The position numbers were made by a program, and so were the translations under genes. Below, in pieces: positions 16,551 to 26,018 of a DNA stretch of 64,000 nt. The notes beneath the pieces were generated by a model. That model was given only the letters and a program-made list of their open reading frames with translations. It did not search any database and had not been told where the DNA came from. Origin of the DNA: a virus; IMG/VR virus record IMGVR_UViG_3300037427_004270; one strand, 5' to 3'. Positions within the stretch are counted from its first letter, which is position 1. Each line of letters starts with the position of its first letter.

Positions 16551-16820
16551 TCACGAGTTGCAGTCCTTATACTGAAGCTCCCACTCACAATCCTGTGAAC
16601 CATAAGCACAGTAGTCGTATCTGCAGGTACCTCCGTCAGACTCGTCAAATGTCCAAGAACAACAAACGCCATAAGAATTGGACGTGCACTCGTCGGGAGC
16701 TTCCTCAAAGGGATACTCGTGAGAACACTGAGGTGGTTCTGGGTCTGGTGCTGCGACCCATTCTGGCATTGGCTCCACGCAAGCGATTGCGCCAAATGCT
16801 ATAAGTAAAATACTTTTCAT
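16551..16820 (-). CDS. Small Cys/Pro-rich lipoprotein
   Basis: Lipobox AIAC after a short signal peptide, Pro-rich linker, 8 further Cys; GGAGG RBS. Confidence 0.7.
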   Translation of the reverse strand: MKSILLIAFGAIACVEPMPEWVAAPDPEPPQCSHEYPFEEAPDECTSNSYGVCCSWTFDESDGGTCRYDYCAYGSQDCEWELQYKDCNS

Positions 16821-16847
16821 ATTTCCTCCGAATAAACTGTTTTTTAT

Positions 16848-16876
16848 ATTATAACGTATCTTAAAAGCTGTGTCAA
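16848..16876 (-). promoter_or_regulatory. Consensus sigma70 promoter
   Basis: TTGACA-17-TATAAT. Confidence 0.85.
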
Positions 16877-16880
16877 TACT

Positions 16881-17339
16881 TTATTTGCTTTTTATTGTGT
16901 AGTATACGTTCATCACTCTCTTGACGTAGGAATATCTCATCTTTTTAAAGCAGATATATCCTGCATTATATGCACATAGGGCTAGTTCTCGATCTCCCTT
17001 TGCGCGATCCAGCCACCAGCGGAGGGCCTTTGTGCCGACCTTGATGTTCGTCTTAGGATCTTTTAACTCTTCACAAGTATAAAGAGAGCCATCCTTCTTT
17101 GGATTCCACTTTGGTATCACCTGCATCAAGCCACAAGCGCCTGCTTCTGACACTGCTTTCGGATACCAACTGCTCTCAACCTGGATGATTGCAGCAACGA
17201 GCTCTGGCTCCAGGTTGCTCTGCTTTGCATGTTCGATAATTGTTGGGGTATATTCTTGTATTTTCTTTTCTGATATTGTAGTGTGCGACACAAGAAACGC
17301 TATAATAGCCGCACTAGACAAATTTGATACTAAACTCAC
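16881..17339 (-). CDS. Lytic transglycosylase (SLT domain)
   Basis: AAIIQVESS, AGACGLMQV, NIKVG, ALCAYNAG motifs; N-terminal hydrophobic segment. Confidence 0.92.
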   Translation of the reverse strand: MSLVSNLSSAAIIAFLVSHTTISEKKIQEYTPTIIEHAKQSNLEPELVAAIIQVESSWYPKAVSEAGACGLMQVIPKWNPKKDGSLYTCEELKDPKTNIKVGTKALRWWLDRAKGDRELALCAYNAGYICFKKMRYSYVKRVMNVYYTIKSK

Positions 17340-17617
17340 GCTTCACCATCTTTCTCCGTTATATAAAGACCACTTGCTCTGGCAACCATGTCCATTCCTG
17401 CCCTCTCTGCTGTCTTTTTGAGGCTATCGAGCTGGTCATGGCTTAGGCCTATATCCAACATTTTTCTGTGAATGAGTTGGTGGATCATTTCAACAGCAGC
17501 ATATATGTAAATATACCCCTCAATGTTTGTGGTGTGACCCTTTTTCATCATTTGGCTTAAAAATTCGGTATAAATCTCTTCAACCTTATCAATGTCGAAA
17601 TGAACTTTGTTAGACAT
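17336..17617 (-). CDS. Hypothetical protein
   Basis: 93-aa ORF coupled to neighbours. Confidence 0.65.
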   Translation of the reverse strand: MSNKVHFDIDKVEEIYTEFLSQMMKKGHTTNIEGYIYIYAAVEMIHQLIHRKMLDIGLSHDQLDSLKKTAERAGMDMVARASGLYITEKDGEA

Positions 17618-18110
17618 CTTTCTTTTTTCTCGTGCTTTTCTTTTTTGCTTTTGGTTGAGAAGCCTGAGCCTTCAAAGAGTTTTCCGCATCTATCACTCTC
17701 TTCTCAAGTTCTTTTATAGTATCTTCTCTGGCCTTTATAAGAGAGTTAAACTCTTTAGTTCTTTCATCAATGAGTGTCTGGGCCTGCTCTTTTATTGCTA
17801 TTGTTTGCTCTTCGATCATTTCGCTTGCTTTCATCTTCAACTCTTCGTCCTTTAATTTCTGAGCCACGTCTGCGTAACTCTTTAGATAGTCCAGAAGAGA
17901 TTCTATCTTGTCGTATACTTGGTTTAAATCTTCTACGCAACCTTCTACTACGATGCGGCCCACGTTGATTTGCTTTATATCATCGACTATCTCAACGTCT
18001 TCAATTTTCTTGCTTATCTTCGCAAGGAGCTCCGCAATTTCTTGCTTATTCTTTTTAAGCTCATAAGGGATCTTCTTAACGTCGATATCATAACTCATTC
18101 TTACTTTCAT
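17610..18110 (-). CDS. Coiled-coil protein with basic tail
   Basis: Heptad-rich; ends KAKKKSTRKKKDV. Confidence 0.65.
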   Translation of the reverse strand: MKVRMSYDIDVKKIPYELKKNKQEIAELLAKISKKIEDVEIVDDIKQINVGRIVVEGCVEDLNQVYDKIESLLDYLKSYADVAQKLKDEELKMKASEMIEEQTIAIKEQAQTLIDERTKEFNSLIKAREDTIKELEKRVIDAENSLKAQASQPKAKKKSTRKKKDV

Positions 18111-18120
18111 CTCTTTTCTC

Positions 18121-18408
18121 CTATTGAATAGTATCAAAAAACTCTTTAATAAAGAAAGTCACGAGGCTTACCATGCCGGTAACGAGCATCCAGGTCATTT
18201 TGGTGGAAGTTGATTTCCACTGCTCTAAGTCTCTTATTCGAGCATATATTCCCTGATCTGGACCGTATATAGATTCTTTTACTTTTTGAAGGGCCATGTT
18301 GCTCTCTTCTTGTTTTTCTTTTAATTCGTCTATCTTGATATTCAGGACATCCAGCTTGCCAAAAATCTTGGCTAAGACTGTTCCTATATTGAGCTCGTCG
18401 CCATGCAT
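18121..18408 (-). CDS. Coiled-coil + C-terminal TM protein (XhlA/holin-like)
   Basis: Coiled coil, YARIRDLEQWK, then hydrophobic helix MTWMLVTGMVSLVTFFI. Confidence 0.6.
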   Translation of the reverse strand: MHGDELNIGTVLAKIFGKLDVLNIKIDELKEKQEESNMALQKVKESIYGPDQGIYARIRDLEQWKSTSTKMTWMLVTGMVSLVTFFIKEFFDTIQ

Positions 18409-18429
18409 GGTACATTCCTCCGACTACTA

Positions 18430-18437
18430 TAAGTAGT
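18430..18437 (-). promoter_or_regulatory. Putative late-promoter motif ACTACTTA
   Basis: Same motif recurs upstream of other late-type genes (24263, 55489, 60168). Confidence 0.55.
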
Positions 18438-18445
18438 TTGCGGAG

Positions 18446-20023
18446 CTAGGACTTATCATCTACAATAGCATATTTCGTGTTCAACAAAGTTGATGCAGCG
18501 GAGGATGCATTGAGTAGGGCATTTTTTGTCACCTTTACTGGATCTAGCACCCCGCGCTCAACGAGATCTTCATACTTCTGTGTAGAGAAATTATAGCCAT
18601 AGCTGTGTTCTTCCTTGTTATTAACATTCTCTATAATAACATCCGCACTAACGCCGGAGTTCTTTGCCATCTGTTTAATGGGATGTGAGCAAGCCCTGGC
18701 GACGATATCAAGGCCACAACGCTGCTCTGGACTATCAAAAGCAACACTCTTCAGGAGGGCACTTCCTCTCAACAGAGCTACTCCGCCGCCTGGAATAACG
18801 CCTTCTTCTTGAGCTGACTTCACTGCTTCCAGCGAGTCCTCTATTCTGTGCTTCTTTTCTATCATTTCAATCTCAGTTGGTGCACCGACATTAATAATGG
18901 CCACGCCTGCAGCCAAGCGGCTGAGTCGTTCTTGCAATGTATGACACAAGTTAATGTCTTCTGTACTTTCAATCTCTGAAGATATTTCTGCAATCTTCTT
19001 TTCTATAACTTCTGGATCTCCAGCGCCGCCAATAAAAGTGGTTTCAAACTTGCTGGACTCTACATGTTTTGCTGTGCCGAAGTGCTCAAGCTTCACCTCT
19101 CTCAAGGAAACCCCAGTCTCTCTGGAGATGAGGGTGGCTCCTGTTGAGGCACACAAGTCTTTTATAATGTTTCTTCTCTCTTCTCCGTATCTCGGAGCTT
19201 TGACTGCGGCAACCTTCATGGTGCCTCTGATAGAATTCATAATAAGGGCTGCTAATGCCTGTCCTTCGATGTTATCAGCAACAACAACGAAAGGTCTTTT
19301 GTCCCTAGCAGCGATCTCCAAGGCTGGGAGTACATCATCTACTGCATCAATCACTTCGTCTGTCACTAACACCAATGCATTATCATATTTGAGAAGACCT
19401 CGACGCTCGTCAGTAGCGAAAGAAGCGGCAACGATGCCACTATCAAAACGAAAACCCTCAACAACCTCAAGATGTGTATCATTTGTTCTTCCTTCCCGAA
19501 TAGAAATGGAGCCATCAACTCCAATAAGCTCAATGGCCTTGCCAATAAGTTCACCAATGGTCTTGTCGCCATTGGCTGAAATGGTGGCAATGTTGACAAT
19601 ATCGTCCAGACTCTCAACAGGCTTTGCCTCTTGGGTCAGTCCTTCGCAAACAATCTCCACAGCTTTATCAATACCACGCTTAATTTCAGCGGGTGAATAG
19701 CCAGAGGCAATATACTTCTGGGCTTCTACCATGATAGCTCTCGTAAGGATGGTTGCAGTGGTAGTTCCGTCTCCGGCGACTGCATTTGTTTGGCGAGATG
19801 ACTGCTTTACAATTTGTGCACCAAGGTTTTCAAACGGGTCTTCAAAGTCTACAAATTCTGCGACAGTAACCCCGTCTTTGGTAATGATAGGTTGGCCGTC
19901 GCTGCCCTGTAGGATGACGTTCTGGCCTCTTGGTCCCAATGTGCTGGCTACGTTGTCTGCCAACTTGTTAATACCTTCTAGAATTTTATCTCTCAAGCTC
20001 TGGCTGTCGTCATATACTTTCAT
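18446..20023 (-). CDS. groL: Chaperonin GroEL
   Basis: TLGPRGQNV, ITKDGVTVA, AGDGTTTATIL, GGGVAL, DPVKVTK; lacks the GGM tail. Confidence 0.97.
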   Translation of the reverse strand: MKVYDDSQSLRDKILEGINKLADNVASTLGPRGQNVILQGSDGQPIITKDGVTVAEFVDFEDPFENLGAQIVKQSSRQTNAVAGDGTTTATILTRAIMVEAQKYIASGYSPAEIKRGIDKAVEIVCEGLTQEAKPVESLDDIVNIATISANGDKTIGELIGKAIELIGVDGSISIREGRTNDTHLEVVEGFRFDSGIVAASFATDERRGLLKYDNALVLVTDEVIDAVDDVLPALEIAARDKRPFVVVADNIEGQALAALIMNSIRGTMKVAAVKAPRYGEERRNIIKDLCASTGATLISRETGVSLREVKLEHFGTAKHVESSKFETTFIGGAGDPEVIEKKIAEISSEIESTEDINLCHTLQERLSRLAAGVAIINVGAPTEIEMIEKKHRIEDSLEAVKSAQEEGVIPGGGVALLRGSALLKSVAFDSPEQRCGLDIVARACSHPIKQMAKNSGVSADVIIENVNNKEEHSYGYNFSTQKYEDLVERGVLDPVKVTKNALLNASSAASTLLNTKYAIVDDKS

Positions 20024-20046
20024 TCGTTATTACCTTTCATTAGCAA

Positions 20047-20122
<76 letters not shown>

Positions 20123-20148
20123 AAAAAAAGCAGGACAAAGTGTCCTGC
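20123..20148 (-). terminator. Intrinsic terminator
   Basis: GCAGGAC-ACTTT-GTCCTGC followed by T7. Confidence 0.8.
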
Positions 20149-20152
20149 TTCT

Positions 20153-20180
20153 ATTATAAACATATTTTTGAGAAAGTAAA
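20153..20180 (-). promoter_or_regulatory. Sigma70-like promoter for tRNA-Gly/groL
   Basis: TTTACT-16-TATAAT. Confidence 0.6.
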
Positions 20181-20189
20181 GTCTTTTTC

Positions 20190-22052
20190 CTAAATTTCTT
20201 CGCCTGGGATCTCTTTCCCTGTGCCGCGAGTTCCGCCTGCTTCGTAAGATTTAACTTCTGTTTCGATCTTCTTTGCAACGTTGGCAGCGTTCTCTCTGGC
20301 TTTTTGCCCCTTGGCAATTGCCTTGTTTCTAGATGCATCCCCTTCAGGAGCAAAGAAGTATCCATTAACATTCTCCGACAGAGACTGGACCTCTTCGAAA
20401 ATTCCAGCTAAACTTTTCTCCAAAACATCAATATACCTCTCGGCCATTTTAAAAAGAGCATCGCCTGAATAGGGGAGCGTACCAATTGTCTCGTGGTCAA
20501 TGCCCCTTATACCTGGAAGCTGTGCTGTTGAGATGTTCCATTGTGTTCCGCCAGCGCCTTCGGTGAGGAGCTTTGTTTGTTCCTGGTGGTATTTCCAACT
20601 GGTTCTGTTCTCCTCCACGGTGTAATAGGTTTTGTCTTCCTGAACTATTTCTTCCTTTTTGTCCATCAAGGCGTTAAAGAGATCGGAGAACTTATTTATT
20701 TGCCCATTGTCGTAGTCTGCCTTAACTGGCCTCAAGTAACTTTTTTCGAATTTCCTCGTCATTTTGCCAAGGTTCTTCTGTAGTGGCTTTTCCCAATCTT
20801 TTAGCCCATCATAGGCAGTATTATAGAAGAGGGTTATATCCCGAACCAGCTTTAGTGTGCGAGAGTCCAGCATCTCCTCTTTGTCTCCAATGCCTCTCCA
20901 CAGATTCAAAAGTGGTTTTTCTACTCCCAGCTTTCGGCTAAAGTATATATCAAATTTTTCCGATCTTTCTGGTGCACCCCATCGGGTTGGATCATTAAAT
21001 GCAATATCAACGTTGCCAAAGTCGCGACCAGTTCCATCATCTTCAACATCGGCTTTGGTCTGCTCCTTGTCGCTTCTGGTGTATCCCTTTGTCATTTTCA
21101 AGAGAGCGTATGCACCTTCTTCATCCTTCGCTTCAATTGCTTTTTTGATCCTATTTATCATACCCTCGGCACTTCTTGCGAGTCTACCAGTCTTAGGGGC
21201 AAAGAGCTTGGCACCCGATGCAGAGAGTTTGCCCTCCTCAACATAGGCAATTGCGTTAATGAAGTTGTCCTTTCGAAGATCAAAAGACTCCAAAGACATT
21301 TCTTTTCCGTCCTTACGGGCGATCACATACAGCATTCCATTTGGCCAGTCTGTCCACAGGGCATCTACTAGGTTTGTATAACTCCCCTCGATGTCCGTTC
21401 CTTGACCAAGGAGTTTAAGGCTAACTGCTTTTTCACCCCCCGCTGCATTGATAGTGGTGAATGCAACCAAATCCTCAATAGGTAGGTTTCCCTTTTCCGA
21501 TCTTTCAGATCTTTGCTCGCCTTGAAAAAGTGCTGCCAAGAAGCCCTCGAAAACGAAACCTGCTGAAGCCTCGTTAAAACTTCTAATAACTGAAGTGAGT
21601 GACTCAAGAGCAATAAGGCCGGCCAAGATCTCTCTAACGCCGCCACGAGAACCAATAGTGCCTGTGGGGTTGTAAATAACCCTGTTAAAGTTTTTCAGCC
21701 GATCTGCCACTGTTGCTCCGCCACGAGACAAAGCTTTGAAGATACTATTAATCTGCTTTCTTTCCATAGACTTTGGGTCGCCCCAAGCTTCGGTGGGAGT
21801 ATACTTTGGGAGCGATAAAATAAACTGCTTTACCGCCTTTTTGCTCACCTTCTCCTTGGCTTCATTTTTGAGTTCTTCCGGCTCTTTTCTCCTGAACTTT
21901 GACTCCTTGGTGGAGTTCCACGTTTCATCAATAAGGGAGGGCATTTCGTCTATGATGCCTTCGATAAGCTCTTGAAGACCTGGGGTCGTTTCAGCGGTCT
22001 TTGTTTTCTTTTTGTTATCGTAATAATTTTTAATGTTCTTATCCCAACTCAT
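20190..22052 (-). CDS. Large hypothetical protein with PD-(D/E)XK-like nuclease motif
   Basis: AGFVFEGFLAAL...PIEDL...VSLKLL (E..D..SxK) in the N-terminal third; 620 aa. Confidence 0.6.
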   Translation of the reverse strand: MSWDKNIKNYYDNKKKTKTAETTPGLQELIEGIIDEMPSLIDETWNSTKESKFRRKEPEELKNEAKEKVSKKAVKQFILSLPKYTPTEAWGDPKSMERKQINSIFKALSRGGATVADRLKNFNRVIYNPTGTIGSRGGVREILAGLIALESLTSVIRSFNEASAGFVFEGFLAALFQGEQRSERSEKGNLPIEDLVAFTTINAAGGEKAVSLKLLGQGTDIEGSYTNLVDALWTDWPNGMLYVIARKDGKEMSLESFDLRKDNFINAIAYVEEGKLSASGAKLFAPKTGRLARSAEGMINRIKKAIEAKDEEGAYALLKMTKGYTRSDKEQTKADVEDDGTGRDFGNVDIAFNDPTRWGAPERSEKFDIYFSRKLGVEKPLLNLWRGIGDKEEMLDSRTLKLVRDITLFYNTAYDGLKDWEKPLQKNLGKMTRKFEKSYLRPVKADYDNGQINKFSDLFNALMDKKEEIVQEDKTYYTVEENRTSWKYHQEQTKLLTEGAGGTQWNISTAQLPGIRGIDHETIGTLPYSGDALFKMAERYIDVLEKSLAGIFEEVQSLSENVNGYFFAPEGDASRNKAIAKGQKARENAANVAKKIETEVKSYEAGGTRGTGKEIPGEEI

Positions 22053-22065
22053 AGTTGTTCCTCAC

Positions 22066-22815
22066 TTACTTCTTGAATAGTTTTGAAAAGTCGAACCCCA
22101 AAGGGTCTGTTTTGTTTGATGAAATATGATAATGCCCAAGCACTCCCTTAAACTTCTGAGGGTCTTTGATTGTGCCCTTCCATGACGGAGTGATGATGGG
22201 AAGGCTGTAGTATCCACACAATGTCTGGACCAACGCCCTCAATGCCTCTTCTTGAATCGGATAAAAACCTAGACGGTCTGGGGCTTGTCTGCGATGTACT
22301 TTGTCTGCTTTCCATATTGGTCTTGGGTTTTCTTTGTTTTGGTATTTTAGGAATACAGGGTTTGCGACTTCAACACCGACACTCTGGGTGTTTACGCCAC
22401 GGGCATGCCAAGCAATATCATTGGCATCCATTAGCTGTATTATTGTGCCGTCCGTATCAATGCAAAAATGCACTGAAAGGCCACGGTTTGTAATTACTCG
22501 GTGGCACATCTCTGAATCTAGGCAGCCATCCCAATGTACAACAACACTTCTAACTCCTCTGTGGGAGTTTCTTTTTTTCATGTTGTCTTCTGGTAGTCCC
22601 CACTCTGGGTTTGTCTTGTAAGTTACGACCTTATCCCACTCTATGGATATTTCTTTGTCGTCAATGATAATAGAAGATTTCATTTCTTGTTCTCCGAGCA
22701 CTTCACTTGGTGTAGTATATAGTGCTTCAGAGCTTCTAATCGTTATTTTTGGTCTTTTTCTTGCGGGACTTATAATGCTTAGGAGGGTCCGTAGGAATGT
22801 AAACAATGTTTCCAT
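22066..22815 (-). CDS. N-acetylmuramoyl-L-alanine amidase (Amidase_2)
   Basis: VVVHWD, SVHFCIDTDGTI, AWHA, SVGVE, GHYHI...KTDP; N-terminal hydrophobic segment. Confidence 0.9.
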   Translation of the reverse strand: METLFTFLRTLLSIISPARKRPKITIRSSEALYTTPSEVLGEQEMKSSIIIDDKEISIEWDKVVTYKTNPEWGLPEDNMKKRNSHRGVRSVVVHWDGCLDSEMCHRVITNRGLSVHFCIDTDGTIIQLMDANDIAWHARGVNTQSVGVEVANPVFLKYQNKENPRPIWKADKVHRRQAPDRLGFYPIQEEALRALVQTLCGYYSLPIITPSWKGTIKDPQKFKGVLGHYHISSNKTDPLGFDFSKLFKK

Positions 22816-23065
22816 CTTGCCACCTTATTTCTACTTTATCATCAAGAAACCTGTTGAGGTTCTTGAAGTGTCGGAGAATTTCACTCTCGGACATTTTCTT
22901 TCCTAGTCTGTTAGCGAGACAATGGCGGAGTACTGAATTTATTAGAAATGCTTTCTCGGCATGGTAGACTCCCATCTTAACATAGCAAAACCTTCTGTCT
23001 TCCATGAGCTTGTCAAGGAAGCTTTCTACCAGTTCAGTTTCATAGTTATCAGACTTCATCTCCAT
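22736..23065 (-). CDS. Hypothetical protein
   Basis: ORF with GGGA RBS; 80-nt overlap with the amidase. Confidence 0.55.
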   Translation of the reverse strand: MEMKSDNYETELVESFLDKLMEDRRFCYVKMGVYHAEKAFLINSVLRHCLANRLGKKMSESEILRHFKNLNRFLDDKVEIRWQDGNIVYIPTDPPKHYKSRKKKTKNND

Positions 23066-23483
23066 CGTGTTCCCTGCTATCATCTTTCTCCTGAAGCCTC
23101 TTGGCTTCTATAAGTAAATAGTAGGCATTAACGTTATTCATGGCTTCTTCCCATGTTCTGTGAGTAAATTCTCTACGAACGTGCTCCGGGAAGTTCTCAG
23201 AGATGATCTCGATTACCTTCTTCCTCCACTCGTTCAAGTCTCCACTGTCCTCGTTTTCATATAGCTTTAGAATCTCTTTGCTGTCGCCACGTTGAATACA
23301 ACGGTCGCGCAGACTTGTTAGCCTGGCTGTCACTCTCGTGTCAACCTCTCTTGCAAGATTGAGGGATTCCATCTCAAGTATGACGCCTATCTTGGCGAAA
23401 TACAACCCTATTCGTGATAGACTCTGCAACCAACTTAAAGTATATCCGATGAACAAACACAAGGCACATAATACAAATGTCAT
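23049..23483 (-). CDS. Hypothetical membrane-anchored protein
   Basis: N-terminal TM helix; GGAG RBS before MTFVLC. Confidence 0.6.
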   Translation of the reverse strand: MTFVLCALCLFIGYTLSWLQSLSRIGLYFAKIGVILEMESLNLAREVDTRVTARLTSLRDRCIQRGDSKEILKLYENEDSGDLNEWRKKVIEIISENFPEHVRREFTHRTWEEAMNNVNAYYLLIEAKRLQEKDDSREHDGDEV

Positions 23484-23557
23484 TTTAACTCCATAAAAAA
23501 AGCTCGCAATACTAACCATTGTAGCACTACGAGCTCAAAAAATTAAGGGAGCTTTTT

Positions 23558-24208
23558 TTATTTCTTAGAAGCCTTCGCCTCTTCTTTGAGAGCGGCGATA
23601 ACTTTAGCAACAATGTTTTCCATCATTGGGTCTGCTTCTTCTTTTACTTCTTCGGTGTCTTCTTCGACCTTCTCTTCCTCTAGGGGAAGTTCTTCGTCTC
23701 CAGGCTCACCTTCAGGAGCGTCCATGTCGTCAGGCATTTCCTCTTCTGGTTGTGCGTCTCCGAGAAGTTTTTGTAAAACAGCGGAAGCTTGTGATAGTGC
23801 TGCGATGTCTGCATCTGAAAGCTCGACAGTTTCGGACTCTTCGTCACCCATGTCGTCAACTACTTCTTCGTCATCCACAACTGGGTCTTCCATGGCAGGC
23901 TCTTCTTCGCCCATCTCGTATCCTTCGTCAGTGGTGTCTTCTTCGTTTACTTTCTCTTCGCTTTCTTCGACAGTCTCTTCAGATTCAGAAACTTCTTCTT
24001 CTTTAAGCTCGACTTCTTCGTCAATAGCTTCGTCTTTGGCTTCAGAAGTTGTCTCTTCTTCTTCCGTAATTTCTTCTTCTTTAATTTCTTCTTCTTCCTT
24101 AACGAACTTGTCGGCAACGAAGTTTTCAGAAAGGCTGTCAATGTTAGCAAGCGTCATAAAGCGACGAATAGTGCCTTCATTTAAAAGTTTTTCTTTTTTG
24201 TTAGTCAT
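23558..24208 (-). CDS. Highly acidic scaffold/prohead-core-like protein
   Basis: KLLNEGTIRRFMTLANI N-terminal motif followed by very Glu/Asp-rich low-complexity sequence; preceded by the late motif. Confidence 0.6.
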   Translation of the reverse strand: MTNKKEKLLNEGTIRRFMTLANIDSLSENFVADKFVKEEEEIKEEEITEEEETTSEAKDEAIDEEVELKEEEVSESEETVEESEEKVNEEDTTDEGYEMGEEEPAMEDPVVDDEEVVDDMGDEESETVELSDADIAALSQASAVLQKLLGDAQPEEEMPDDMDAPEGEPGDEELPLEEEKVEEDTEEVKEEADPMMENIVAKVIAALKEEAKASKK

Positions 24209-24262
24209 TTCAAAGATCTCCCTTTTTGAGTTTTGTGGCCCACAGGGGGCAAAATACACCTA

Positions 24263-24270
24263 TAAATAGT
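24263..24270 (-). promoter_or_regulatory. Putative late-promoter motif ACTATTTA
   Basis: Recurrent intergenic motif. Confidence 0.55.
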
Positions 24271-24304
24271 GTTCAAAGTTAGTAAAAGTACTAAAAGTAA
24301 TAAT

Positions 24305-24610
24305 TTATTCTTCTGAAAATGCCTTATACATCTTTTGTATGGCGGTATTTTGTATTTGCAGTATTCTCACGTTGCTCAAGCCCCCTAGTCGAGATGCTGT
24401 TTCACTGAGCGTTAGTTTTTCGTTATTTTGAACCGATGCGTAAGCACAATTATAGTCCTTTTTGTATTTAATCCACCCTCGGCATGTCTTATTCGGACAC
24501 GCAGTATCGTATCTGTAGCACATGCGGGTACATTCTGGCACCTCAAAGTTGTCTATTAGCTTACTGTCGTTCGCCACCAACTCTTCGACAATGTTAAATT
24601 TATATTTCAT
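24305..24610 (-). CDS. Cys-rich protein with sigma70 region-4-like HTH
   Basis: CTRMC...CPNKTC...NC then LTLSETASRLGGLSNVRILQIQNTAIQKM. Confidence 0.7.
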   Translation of the reverse strand: MKYKFNIVEELVANDSKLIDNFEVPECTRMCYRYDTACPNKTCRGWIKYKKDYNCAYASVQNNEKLTLSETASRLGGLSNVRILQIQNTAIQKMYKAFSEE

Positions 24611-24965
24611 CTAAGTCCTCCTCCTCGTTGTCAATAAAATCATATATCTTTTCTAGCTCCTCTTCTGTCAAGCCATGCATAAACTTTCTGTGAATTTCTT
24701 TTCCCACTTCTCTCTCTTCGAGGGAGATCTTGCGATATTTAGGATAGTTCTGAATGTTCTTTATTTCCTTCATCTCTGCAACTATCTCCACTAGCCTTGG
24801 GTCGTCATCAATATAACTCTGAACCAACGTTCTCATGAACGTGCCAAAACCAACACCATCGAAGACCAGTTTGTTCTTGAGCTTTACATACATCTCGTCG
24901 AAAGACTGGAAGTATAACTTCTTTGGCATTTTAATGCGGCCATACTCTGGCTTCTTGTCAGTCAT
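24600..24965 (-). CDS. Hypothetical protein (possible DNA-binding)
   Basis: TGATG coupling to the upstream IMPDH-family gene. Confidence 0.65.
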   Translation of the reverse strand: MTDKKPEYGRIKMPKKLYFQSFDEMYVKLKNKLVFDGVGFGTFMRTLVQSYIDDDPRLVEIVAEMKEIKNIQNYPKYRKISLEEREVGKEIHRKFMHGLTEEELEKIYDFIDNEEEDLDEI

Positions 24966-25987
24966 CACTTCCATCCGTTATCCAAGATATGTGGCCGGCT
25001 CTCTGTTGTTCCAGCCCCTGTCTGTTGAACAAACTCAGCTGTCGTTTGTAGCTCTTTAATGTTCTTTGCCCCAGAATAAGACAGGCCACTTGCCACACCA
25101 GAAGCAAAATCTTTTATAATTTTTTCCACAGGCCCCTTGCATGGTACTCGATGCGACACACCCTCAACGACAGAAGTTTGGCCTCGCCAGTCTTTTTGTG
25201 CCTTTTCCGATGCCATGCCGCGCAACTCCTTATATGACTTGCCCTTCCTATCCTTTTTACGCTTCCCAGGAGCCTCGTCAGTCCCCGCTAGCAGCGAGCC
25301 TACCATCACAACGTCGGCACCTGCCGCAAGAGCTTTAACGGCGTCTCCGGAGCTCCTAATGCCACCGTCAGCAACGATGGTAAGTCCAGTGTCTGCTGCA
25401 GCACATTCTTGCACCGCTGTAAAGTTTGGCATGCCATGCCCAGTAACAATTCTAGTAGAACAACAACTGCCGCCGCCAATGCCAACCCGAACAGAGTCTG
25501 CCCCCCATTCCTGCAGGTCTTCGCATGCAAGAGCGGTAGCAACATTGCCTGCCATGACGTGTACGTTGTTGTGGAAAATAGCCTTCAAGTCTGTGATGGC
25601 CTTCTTTACATGGAGGTGATGTCCGTGAGCAGTGTCGATACAAAAGAACTCACATCCAATAGTAAACAAAGCCTCGGCTCGCTCCATGAAGTCTCCGGTA
25701 GCACCGATAGCTACGCCGCATTCTGCGTTCGCCTCGCGCACGTCGCCAAACATCGCCACCTGTTCTTCAATGCTGTTATAGCGATGTAAGATACCGATGG
25801 CTCCATTTAGATATAGTGCCTTTGCCATGTCAACTCCGCACACGGTATCCATGGGTGCGGCTATCAATGGCACGTCCAACTTGGTGTACTTATCCATCGT
25901 GGCAGACACGTCAACCTTTGTGCGAGTCTTTATTTTACTATACTTTGGTACGATTAACACGTCATCGTATGACAAACCCAACTTCAT
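24965..25987 (-). CDS. IMP dehydrogenase / GMP reductase family protein (no CBS domain)
   Basis: LSYDDVLIVP, AAPMDTV, GILHRY, IDTAHGH, AGNVAT, VGIGGGSCCSTR, ADGGIR, KALAAGAD, RGMAS. Confidence 0.92.
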   Translation of the reverse strand: MKLGLSYDDVLIVPKYSKIKTRTKVDVSATMDKYTKLDVPLIAAPMDTVCGVDMAKALYLNGAIGILHRYNSIEEQVAMFGDVREANAECGVAIGATGDFMERAEALFTIGCEFFCIDTAHGHHLHVKKAITDLKAIFHNNVHVMAGNVATALACEDLQEWGADSVRVGIGGGSCCSTRIVTGHGMPNFTAVQECAAADTGLTIVADGGIRSSGDAVKALAAGADVVMVGSLLAGTDEAPGKRKKDRKGKSYKELRGMASEKAQKDWRGQTSVVEGVSHRVPCKGPVEKIIKDFASGVASGLSYSGAKNIKELQTTAEFVQQTGAGTTESRPHILDNGWK

Positions 25988-26000
25988 ATGCTGTCCTTTA

Positions 26001-26018
26001 GAAAAAAATTTGGGGCGA
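26001..26018 (-). repeat. Copy 2 of motif TCGCCCCAAATTTTTT(TC)
   Basis: 16-nt identity to 712-727; preceded by a GGCG-CTTG-CGCC hairpin. Confidence 0.5.
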
